From a virus (Duplodnaviria; Caudoviricetes): a stretch of 52,626 nucleotides of DNA. Each line of letters opens with the position of its first letter. Positions within the stretch are counted from its first letter, which is position 1. Under the pieces are notes generated by a model. It made no database searches, was not told the DNA's origin, and saw nothing but the letters and a program-made list of their open reading frames with translations. The stretch spans positions 1 to 52,626 of the IMG/VR virus record IMGVR_UViG_3300032332_000345. One strand, given 5' to 3'. The translations under genes and the position numbers were made by a program. Of this stretch, positions 1 to 8,324 are shown piece after piece.

Positions 1-343
1 AAAAGGTTTTGTATCTCAAGAAAAAATAGCAGCGATTAATTTGGAGGGTACTTATGCAGAAACATTTACACAAGAACGCCAAGCACTTTATGAACACGAT
101 GCAAAACTTGTACACGATGCAGCCCCATGGGTTAGAACTCTCAATGCAAGTGTCCGCCCTATTGTTGCTTTCACTTTTGTAGCACTACTTTTATTTGTAG
201 ATATTGGTGGTTTTATTTGGGCAGTGAAAACTGCAGGGTTTAGTCGTGAGTCTATGGATGTTATATTCTCTAGTGACGAAATGGCTATTGTAGGTTCTAT
301 CATTGGCTTTTACTTCGGAGCTAGAACTTGGGAAAAGAAATAA
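1..343 (+). CDS. Holin (3TM/GTA-holin-like), 5'-truncated by the window edge
   Basis: Frame is open from position 2; hydrophobic segments with VRP and IIGFYFG motifs; directly upstream of the endolysin. Confidence 0.75.
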   Translation, partial: KGFVSQEKIAAINLEGTYAETFTQERQALYEHDAKLVHDAAPWVRTLNASVRPIVAFTFVALLLFVDIGGFIWAVKTAGFSRESMDVIFSSDEMAIVGSIIGFYFGARTWEKK

Positions 344-793
344 GTGAATGTATCAAAAGCTGGCATCGCTCTTATCAAACATCACGAGGGTGTGCGTAGT
401 CGTCCCTATCGTTGTCCTGCAAACTTGTGGACTGTTGGTGTGGGTCATCTTATCGGGAACGGCAAATTGTTGCCTGATTCTTATAACAGAACTTTTACAA
501 CGGAAGAAATAGATGCGCTCCTTATACGGGATCTCAATAGATTTGAACGCGGAATATCTAAGATGTTACCTAACGTGCCTCTTAGACAATGTGAATTTGA
601 TTGCTTGGTATCTTTTGCCTTTAATCTTGGTCTGGGTACATTTCAAAGATCAACACTCCGTCAAGCGCTGCTTCGCGGAAATAAGACGCAAGCTATGGAA
701 TCATTAGTGAAGTATTGTCGTGCAGGTGGTAAAATACTCAAAGGTCTGCAGACTCGTAGACTAGATGAACGTGCACTCTTTGAAGGTAAATAA
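344..793 (+). CDS. Endolysin, GH24 phage lysozyme
   Basis: E-x8-C-x5-T triad (HEGVRSRPYRCPANLWTVGVGH), FNLG and GLxxRR-x-xE motifs. Confidence 0.93.
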   Translation: MNVSKAGIALIKHHEGVRSRPYRCPANLWTVGVGHLIGNGKLLPDSYNRTFTTEEIDALLIRDLNRFERGISKMLPNVPLRQCEFDCLVSFAFNLGLGTFQRSTLRQALLRGNKTQAMESLVKYCRAGGKILKGLQTRRLDERALFEGK

Positions 794-2727
794 TGCCATT
801 AAGTAAACTCGTATTTAAACCCGGTGTTAATCGAGATCAGACTAATTATGCATCTGAGGGCTCTTGGTATGACATGGATAAAGTACGCTTTCGTTCAGGC
901 TTCCCTGAAAAGATTGGTGGCTGGGTTGTACAAAATCAAACTGCTTATGTAGGCGTTGCTCGTAGTATTTTTAATTGGTCTACAACAGATACTAATGACC
1001 TCACAGGTATTGGTACTAATCTAAAGATGTATGTAGTTAATGGTACTCAAGTTGTAGATATTACGCCTATACGTCAAACCTTTATAACTCCTACTACTGA
1101 TAACTGCTTTGGCACCACAATAAGCTCTACTACCGTTTTAGTGACTATTGCAAATCATGGTGCAACTGATGGGGCTTATGTTACTTTCTCTGGTGCGGTA
1201 GCTGTAGGCGGCGTTAGTGCAACTAATTTAAATAAAGAATTCGTGATTACTTATGTATCGGCTAATACCTTTACTATCAAAGTAGCTTCAGCTGCAACTT
1301 CTACAGTGGCTTCGGGTGGTGGTACAAGTATTACTGCCGCGTTTCAAATTAATCCAGGCTATGCTTATAATACAGCCGGTTATGGCTGGGGTGCTGGTGC
1401 TTGGGGACGTAACGGATGGGGTCAAGGTTCTACAATACCTGTCTACTATCCACCTCGTTTAATCTTCCAAGATAAATTTAATAATGATTTAGTATTTAAT
1501 ATACAAGCTTCTGATATTTATTACTGGGCTTATACAAGTTCTTTTAATACGCGTGCTGTTTTATTATCAAGTATTACAGGGGCTGTAGCTGTACCCCAAC
1601 AAGTGACTAAAATACTATTCTCTCCACAAGGTTTCTTGCTTGCTTTAGGTTGTACTAACTATGATGCTACTGCTTCAGCACCTAACTACCTAGGTACCTT
1701 TGATCCATTACTTGTTCGCTGGTCTAACGTGGATGCTGATATAGGCCCTGAACCTGAAAATTGGCAACCTACTTTAACTAATACAGCAGGGTTCTTAAGA
1801 CTACAAGCAGGTTCACACATCGTATCTGGAATCTCTACTAAACAAGAAGTACTTATATTTACTGATACATCACTTACATCGCTCCAATATTTAGGTACTT
1901 CAGAAGTATTCAGCCAACAACTTGTTTCTCAAAGCATTTCTATCGCAGGTTCTAATACTGTTGTTGCTGTAAATAACATTGTTTACTGGATGGGCTACGA
2001 TAAATTTTATGCTTACTCAGGACGTGTAGATACCTTACCTTGTACACTTCGTCAATTTGTATTTAATAATTATAATAAAGCGCAACGTGAAATATTTTTT
2101 GCAGGCTCTAATGCTCAGTTTAACGAAGTTGTTTGGTTCTATTGTTCAACGAATTCTACTGAAATTGATCGTTATGTCATCTACAACTATATTGAAAACA
2201 TTTGGTACTTTGGTGCTATTGAAAGAACTACATGGATTGATGCAGGTATTGTAAGTTACCCTCTTGCTACAGATAATGGTTATTTATACCAACACGAAAA
2301 TGGTCACGATAATGGTCAACCTTTAAATGCCGCACCCGTTGCTATTAATGCTTATATTCAATCTGCTGATGTTGATATTGAGGACGGTGAAAAATATATG
2401 CTTATACGCCGTGTCATCCCCGATGTTAATTTTAATTCTTCAGACACAACTAATTCTGTTACCGGAGCTCCACTCGTACCCGCAGTGACTATGACTGTAG
2501 GAGTACGTAATTTCCCAGGTGCTGCAAGTTCTACTACAAACGCTGAAGGTCAAACAACGACACAAACAGTGACTACAGAAGCTACAGTAGACTTATATAC
2601 TAACCAAGTCTTTATACGTGCACGTGGCAGGCAAATGAATTTTAAAATAGCATCTACTGGAGTAGGGGTTCAATGGCAACTTGGGTTACCTCGTGTCGAC
2701 GCGCGTCCTGATGGACTAAGAAGCTAA
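793..2727 (+). CDS. Tail nozzle / DNA-stabilisation protein (P22 gp10 / tail tubular protein B-like)
   Basis: 644 aa, beta-rich, propeller-like W/F/Y pattern; sits upstream of the ejection genes. Confidence 0.65.
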   Translation: MPLSKLVFKPGVNRDQTNYASEGSWYDMDKVRFRSGFPEKIGGWVVQNQTAYVGVARSIFNWSTTDTNDLTGIGTNLKMYVVNGTQVVDITPIRQTFITPTTDNCFGTTISSTTVLVTIANHGATDGAYVTFSGAVAVGGVSATNLNKEFVITYVSANTFTIKVASAATSTVASGGGTSITAAFQINPGYAYNTAGYGWGAGAWGRNGWGQGSTIPVYYPPRLIFQDKFNNDLVFNIQASDIYYWAYTSSFNTRAVLLSSITGAVAVPQQVTKILFSPQGFLLALGCTNYDATASAPNYLGTFDPLLVRWSNVDADIGPEPENWQPTLTNTAGFLRLQAGSHIVSGISTKQEVLIFTDTSLTSLQYLGTSEVFSQQLVSQSISIAGSNTVVAVNNIVYWMGYDKFYAYSGRVDTLPCTLRQFVFNNYNKAQREIFFAGSNAQFNEVVWFYCSTNSTEIDRYVIYNYIENIWYFGAIERTTWIDAGIVSYPLATDNGYLYQHENGHDNGQPLNAAPVAINAYIQSADVDIEDGEKYMLIRRVIPDVNFNSSDTTNSVTGAPLVPAVTMTVGVRNFPGAASSTTNAEGQTTTQTVTTEATVDLYTNQVFIRARGRQMNFKIASTGVGVQWQLGLPRVDARPDGLRS

Positions 2728-2728
2728 C

Positions 2729-3091
2729 ATGGCTTTACAACTATTTACAGCGCCAACACTACCCTTAGCGCCTAGGGATTATGATGCTGAATATTTTAAT
2801 CAGTTAGTACGAGCGTTAAATACGTATTTTAGGCAAACGGGTTCTACTACACCTATAGTTATAGATCAGTTAACATTGCTAGCCCTACCTACAACTGCAG
2901 TGGGTCAACGTATAGGTACGGTTTATAATGATGGTGGGTACTTAAAGATTGTCTTAGCAAACACAATTAATCCATTAACAAACTCAGTTAACTTAGTGGG
3001 TGTAGCCCCAACAGTAATATTAAATGGCAACATTGTACCAACTAGAACAGTAGCATTAACAGGCATAGCACCTACAATTACAGTAGCATAA
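2729..3091 (+). CDS. Hypothetical virion protein
   Basis: ORF tightly packed in the virion operon. Confidence 0.5.
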   Translation: MALQLFTAPTLPLAPRDYDAEYFNQLVRALNTYFRQTGSTTPIVIDQLTLLALPTTAVGQRIGTVYNDGGYLKIVLANTINPLTNSVNLVGVAPTVILNGNIVPTRTVALTGIAPTITVA

Positions 3092-3137
3092 GACATTAGA
3101 AACATGATATTATTAGCATATATTTAAGGACTCAATT

Positions 3138-5225
3138 ATGGCATACCAAACATCTCAGGGATTAGCATCATTAGGTCGTAATGGTGACTCAGTTTTAGTT
3201 CACATGAACCCCACCGAAGTAGCAGGATTACAAAGTCTAGCTATGTCTCAAGGGGGATCATTGACTATAAACCCACATACAGGTCTTCCTGAAGCATTTA
3301 GTTTAGGTGGATTCTTTAAATCATTGCTTCCTACAATAGCTGGATTTGCAGCATCGGGAATGTCTGGTGGAGCTATGTCTCCCATGCTTGCAGGTATATT
3401 AGCAGGGTCAGCTACAGGTGCTGCTACTAGTAAAGATCCTTTAATGGGTGCTATAACAGGAGGATTAGGTGGGTACGGAGGAGCTAATTTATTTAGTGCC
3501 GCTAATGCATTTACTCCTACTATATCAGGAGCTACTGGGCTATCACCTGGTGCGGTAGGTTCTGTAGGGACTACAGGTCAAATGGGCGGAGGTAATTTAA
3601 TTGGTAGTGGTGTTGCGGGTTCTACATCTTCTAACGCGTTACCTGTAGGGTTTAATCAAGCGGTAGCTCAATCAGGATCTACTGTAGATCAAGCACTATT
3701 AGATCCATTAGTTAAACAACAAATCAGTATGTACACACCAAGTGCTACCGCAAGACAAACCGCTGCATTGGGAGGTAATGAGGCAAAATTTGGATCTTTA
3801 ATTGATAATGTTACCCCTGCGGCAAATCAATATTCACCAAACTTTGAACCTATTCCTGGAGCTACACAAGGTTTTGGAGGAGCCCCGGCAAATACTCTAT
3901 CTCAAGCATATAAAAATGTAGCTGCGAATCCTATGGAATTTATTGGACAAAATAAAATGGCGGTAGGCATGCCAATAGGTGGAGCATTATTAGGCGGACT
4001 AGAACCTTCAGATTTATATGGTGACCCTATTAACATGGACGAAGCAAAAAAGAAACAAGCTTATGATCCTAATAGAAGTTTAAATTTATCAGGTGATACA
4101 GGATTAAGACTTTACGCAATAGGTGGTCCTATTGAGGCTACTGCAGGTTCTAGTGTGTATGGTAATCCTGATGGTACTATAGCCCAACAAACACCAAAAG
4201 ATGATTATGGTATTGGACGTCTTAATAATTTGGCAAGGCAACAATCGCAAACTCAAGCACAAACATATGGTTATGCTATGGGTGGTCCAGTAAGTTTTGC
4301 AGATGGCGGTGACTCTAATAAAGAAGATGCGTTGGGATTACCAAGTTTATCTCCAGACATGTCAATGAATCCAAATACAGGATCTAATAACTCAGCGATG
4401 TTACAAAGCGTTATGGGAGCTATGCAGCCAATGCAAGGTATGCAAGGAAGTACATCAATGACACAAGGTCAAATGCCAGATCAAAATAATGATAGCCTTA
4501 TTGCTAAAGTTACTGCTAATTTAAAAGCTAATCCTAACTATCAACCTACTAATCCTATTGAAGCATCTATTGTTAAACAAATTAAAGGTACTGATCAGAT
4601 GCAACAAGGTCAACCAAGCCAACAAGGTTTAGGTTCATTAGCACCTAGCCAACCTATGGCACCAAGTTATAATCCTTCCGTAGCTATGGGCCCAACTTAT
4701 TTTGCTGGTATGAACGCACCTCGTGGTTATGCTGAAGGTGGTGAAACCCATATGAACTTAGACGAACTTCCTTCACTTAATGTAAATACAGGAATAAGTT
4801 CTTTAGGTGGTACTGATGGAAACAATTTAGCTCCTAATATGCTACAAAATGCACCACAACTCTATATGGCAGCTAAACTTTTTGGTATGAACCCAGCTAC
4901 AATGTCTCAATCAGATTTAAGTAATCTTGTAAATACAATAAGTAATCCTAAAGGGTCTCGTGGATATGCTCATGGCGGTTATTTAGATGGCGCCGGTGAT
5001 GGTATGTCTGACTCAATACCTGCTACAATAGAAGGCAAGCAACCCGCTCGTTTAGCTGATGGTGAATTTGTAGTACCCGCTGATGTTGTAAGTCATATTG
5101 GTAATGGCTCATCTAAAGCAGGTTCACAAAGACTTTATTCAATGTTAGACAAAGTACGTAAAGCAAGAACAGGTCATACTAAACAAGGCAAACAAATTAA
5201 TCCAAATAAATACATGCCCGCATGA
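3138..5225 (+). CDS. Internal virion/ejection protein with YAxGG repeats
   Basis: AAGGA RBS; Gly/Ala/Gln-rich; C-terminal GDGMSDSIPA...LADGEFV motif resembling phage virion/tape-measure proteins. Confidence 0.6.
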   Translation: MAYQTSQGLASLGRNGDSVLVHMNPTEVAGLQSLAMSQGGSLTINPHTGLPEAFSLGGFFKSLLPTIAGFAASGMSGGAMSPMLAGILAGSATGAATSKDPLMGAITGGLGGYGGANLFSAANAFTPTISGATGLSPGAVGSVGTTGQMGGGNLIGSGVAGSTSSNALPVGFNQAVAQSGSTVDQALLDPLVKQQISMYTPSATARQTAALGGNEAKFGSLIDNVTPAANQYSPNFEPIPGATQGFGGAPANTLSQAYKNVAANPMEFIGQNKMAVGMPIGGALLGGLEPSDLYGDPINMDEAKKKQAYDPNRSLNLSGDTGLRLYAIGGPIEATAGSSVYGNPDGTIAQQTPKDDYGIGRLNNLARQQSQTQAQTYGYAMGGPVSFADGGDSNKEDALGLPSLSPDMSMNPNTGSNNSAMLQSVMGAMQPMQGMQGSTSMTQGQMPDQNNDSLIAKVTANLKANPNYQPTNPIEASIVKQIKGTDQMQQGQPSQQGLGSLAPSQPMAPSYNPSVAMGPTYFAGMNAPRGYAEGGETHMNLDELPSLNVNTGISSLGGTDGNNLAPNMLQNAPQLYMAAKLFGMNPATMSQSDLSNLVNTISNPKGSRGYAHGGYLDGAGDGMSDSIPATIEGKQPARLADGEFVVPADVVSHIGNGSSKAGSQRLYSMLDKVRKARTGHTKQGKQINPNKYMPA

Positions 5226-5635
5226 TAAAAGTAGAATTAGTAGCGCCTGACTATGTGTATCAGGTTTGGGACAATGTTAAAGATTATTTAGATGCCTCTA
5301 TTAAAACTGGAACAGGCACGTGTACATTAGACCAATTAAAATTATTATTAGCAAAAAACTATCAGACTCTTATAGTAGGGGTCAATGAACACAATGTAAT
5401 TAAAGGGGCTATGACTGTTGAGATTATTAATTATCCAAATGCTCGTACTTTGTTTATTACAGCGTTAGGTGGTACTGGCGTAGTATCAGAAGAAATTTGG
5501 CAACAAGTTGAAGAATGGGCAAAGTTACAAGGCGTCACAAAAATAAGTGCATGGTGTGAAGAAGCTCAAGCAAGGTTATATAAACAAAAAGCAGGTTTTA
5601 ATACTATTAGATTCGTTGTGGAGAAAAATTTATGA
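5222..5635 (+). CDS. Small GNAT-fold-like virion assembly protein (position of P22 gp14 / T7 gp13)
   Basis: 137 aa, alpha/beta pattern ending RLYKQKAGF; synteny among ejection genes. Confidence 0.45.
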   Translation: MIKVELVAPDYVYQVWDNVKDYLDASIKTGTGTCTLDQLKLLLAKNYQTLIVGVNEHNVIKGAMTVEIINYPNARTLFITALGGTGVVSEEIWQQVEEWAKLQGVTKISAWCEEAQARLYKQKAGFNTIRFVVEKNL

Positions 5636-6744
5636 AATTATTTAATTTGTTTAACTGGGTTCAAAACCTAGTAGAAGCATTTACATTCTATGGTTCAGGT
5701 GGCGGATCAGGTGGCGGGGGTTCTCAAACTTCAACTTCTTATTCTACAAACTTACCTGAATATGCTAAGCCATACTATGAAGAACTTTTAAAACAAACAG
5801 GTAAAAATGTTTATACAACAGATGCGTCTGGCACTGTAACCGGCGTTAATGCAATGCCTACTTATACAGGCGAAAGAATTGCAGGATTCACCCCAGGACA
5901 AGAAGCAATTCAAAAAGAAGTATCTGGCTTAACAATGCCAGGAGGTTTTGGTTCGGCGGCTACTGGATTAAATACTGGTCAAGCGATGGGATTTGGTGCA
6001 GCTGGCGCAGGGTTATCAAGTGCATTAGGATATAGCCCAACATCAACTTATGGAGGTACATTTAGTCCAAGTGCTGCTTCATATTATATGTCCCCTTATG
6101 CTTCTAATGTAACAGATATTGCAGTTCGTGAAGCTGAAAAACAAAGAGACTTAGCTAAATCTGCAGGTGCTTTAGGATCAATTAGTCGTGGTACTTTTGG
6201 AGGTGCAAGACAAGCTTTACTACAAGCTGAGCAAGAAAGAGGCGCTAATCAAAATATTGGGGATATTAGAGCTAAAGGTCAACAAGAGGCTTACACAAAT
6301 GCTCAGGCACAATTTCAAGCTGACCAAGCTAGACGTTTACAAGCTGAACAACTTAATCAACAAGGTCAACAATATGCTGCAGGTCTTGGTAAAGATATTG
6401 GCCTTGCAGGTCTTACTACAGGTATTGATGCATCAGGTAAACAAGCCGCTGTTGCCGCAGCTACACAAACAGCTAATCTTGAAAGACTTAAAGCTCAAGC
6501 TGCTACTGAAGGTGAAAAACAAGCCCTTCAACAACAAATTGATGATCTTAAATATCAAACCTTTCAAGAACAAAACAATTATCAAAAACAACAACTTGAA
6601 TATCTCAGTAATATTCTCCGTGGTAATGCAGCAGCGTTGGGTTCAACTCAAGTACAATATACTCCGCAGCCTTCAACCATATCTCAAATTGGCGGTTTAG
6701 GTTTAGCAGGTCTTGGTTTAGCTAACGTATTAGGTAAAGGATAA
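5632..6744 (+). CDS. DNA ejection protein (P22 gp7-like)
   Basis: N-terminal leader then GGG linker; Ala/Gln-rich helices; GTFGGARQ motif; hydrophobic Gly-rich C-terminus. Confidence 0.6.
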   Translation: MKLFNLFNWVQNLVEAFTFYGSGGGSGGGGSQTSTSYSTNLPEYAKPYYEELLKQTGKNVYTTDASGTVTGVNAMPTYTGERIAGFTPGQEAIQKEVSGLTMPGGFGSAATGLNTGQAMGFGAAGAGLSSALGYSPTSTYGGTFSPSAASYYMSPYASNVTDIAVREAEKQRDLAKSAGALGSISRGTFGGARQALLQAEQERGANQNIGDIRAKGQQEAYTNAQAQFQADQARRLQAEQLNQQGQQYAAGLGKDIGLAGLTTGIDASGKQAAVAAATQTANLERLKAQAATEGEKQALQQQIDDLKYQTFQEQNNYQKQQLEYLSNILRGNAAALGSTQVQYTPQPSTISQIGGLGLAGLGLANVLGKG

Positions 6745-6746
6745 TT

Positions 6747-8324
6747 ATGAACATTATTAAATTACAAGATGAACTAAGAGGTGTACCAGATAATGCGCTG
6801 ATTGGATATGTTCAAAATCCTACAGGTAACGTTCCTAGCTATTTAGCATTAAGTGAATTACAACGTAGAAAAGATATGCGTGCTAAATATCAAGCACAAC
6901 AAGCACCTCAATCAAGTGTAGCAGATGACTTAGAACAACAAGCTGCACCACAACCTCAACCACAACAAGCTCAAGGCGTTGCAGGTCTTCCTGTTCCTGA
7001 ATCTATGTACCAAGAAGATAGCTTTGCTTCAGGTGGTATTGTAGCATTTGATAACGGAGGTGGGGTTAGATATGATGACGGATCTGTAGGGTACCCTATT
7101 GGTGGTTATGTTGCACCTGCCCTTATGGCGACGGGAAAATTCGCGGCTAAATATGGTGAAAAAGGATTAAAATATTTAAAAGATAAAGCATTAGTAGGTA
7201 AACCTGCAGTAACAGCACCCACCATGAATTTACCTACTGGACCCGTTACACCTGTTTTAGAAGCAGCTACTAAAGGGTTTTTAAAAACACCAGGATCTTA
7301 TATAGATGCAGCAGTAATTGGTGGTGCTTTGTATGGTATTGATGAGTATGGAAATAAAGAACGTATTACTGAAGAAGAAGCTTCAAAAATAGCTATGCAA
7401 AAATTAGAAGCGGAAAATTTAAAATCTATGCAAGACCACACCGCAGCTAGAGAGGTTAGAGAAAAAGCAGGGACTGAATCTGATAAAAAACAAGTTAAAT
7501 ATGGTGATAAACCAGCGGATGCTAAAAACGCTACTGCACAAGCTACTCAACAACCTGCTGAATCTGAAGACGATTTTTTACGTAGACGTATGGCTATCTA
7601 TAAAGAATATATGGGCGGAGACGAAGACAAAGCTGCACTTAAAGATAAACTTAGTGCAATGGAAAAACGTGCTGCACGTCAAGAAGAAATGGCTCCATGG
7701 ATGGCGCTTACAGAAGCTGGCTTTAAAACTATGCAAGGTACATCTCCATATGCGTTGGCTAACTTAGGCGCGGGTGCTGAGGCTGGTATTAAATCATATG
7801 GTGGCGCTCAAGATAAAATGGCTGCACTAGAAGAAAAACGTTATGCTCTTATGAACGATGCTGCTAAAGCTGACCGTGCTGAAAAACAAGCTGCAATTAC
7901 ATTCGGTGAAAATAGCTATCAACATAAAGCTGCTATGGATCAAAGAGATAGAATTGCAAACATGACTGCTGATCTTAAGAGAGATGAAATAAAATTAGGT
8001 TATGCTAAAATTAACTCAGATGCTAACTTATTAAAATCGGCTAACTTTGGTTTAAAAGACCAAGCAGCTATTGATAAAACTGTTAAAGATAAAATGGGCA
8101 CTGATTCAATTATTTTAGAAAATTTAAGAAAATTAGGCCCAGATAAATTAGATGATAAGAAAAAAGTTTTATTAAAAACATTAACAGATAAAGAAGCTAG
8201 AATTCAACAAGAAGCTATGCAAAAATATGATATAAATAGCTTGGTGAATAGGGCTAGGCCAGGTTTAGCTAATACTACATTTAAATCAAGTGACTACACA
8301 GTAGAGGAATTACCAGGTCAATAA
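6747..8324 (+). CDS. Internal virion/ejection protein
   Basis: Helical, Ala/Lys/Glu-rich; FASGG, FDNGG and YPIGG motifs; synteny. Confidence 0.55.
   Translation: MNIIKLQDELRGVPDNALIGYVQNPTGNVPSYLALSELQRRKDMRAKYQAQQAPQSSVADDLEQQAAPQPQPQQAQGVAGLPVPESMYQEDSFASGGIVAFDNGGGVRYDDGSVGYPIGGYVAPALMATGKFAAKYGEKGLKYLKDKALVGKPAVTAPTMNLPTGPVTPVLEAATKGFLKTPGSYIDAAVIGGALYGIDEYGNKERITEEEASKIAMQKLEAENLKSMQDHTAAREVREKAGTESDKKQVKYGDKPADAKNATAQATQQPAESEDDFLRRRMAIYKEYMGGDEDKAALKDKLSAMEKRAARQEEMAPWMALTEAGFKTMQGTSPYALANLGAGAEAGIKSYGGAQDKMAALEEKRYALMNDAAKADRAEKQAAITFGENSYQHKAAMDQRDRIANMTADLKRDEIKLGYAKINSDANLLKSANFGLKDQAAIDKTVKDKMGTDSIILENLRKLGPDKLDDKKKVLLKTLTDKEARIQQEAMQKYDINSLVNRARPGLANTTFKSSDYTVEELPGQ

Noticed and set aside
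6188-6700. 170-aa alternate-frame ORF and other shadow ORFs (e.g. 8740-9123, 15810-16295, 23360-23806, 29492-29827)
   Set aside because: Nested in well-supported genes, no RBS, and composition reflects the codon bias of the real frame
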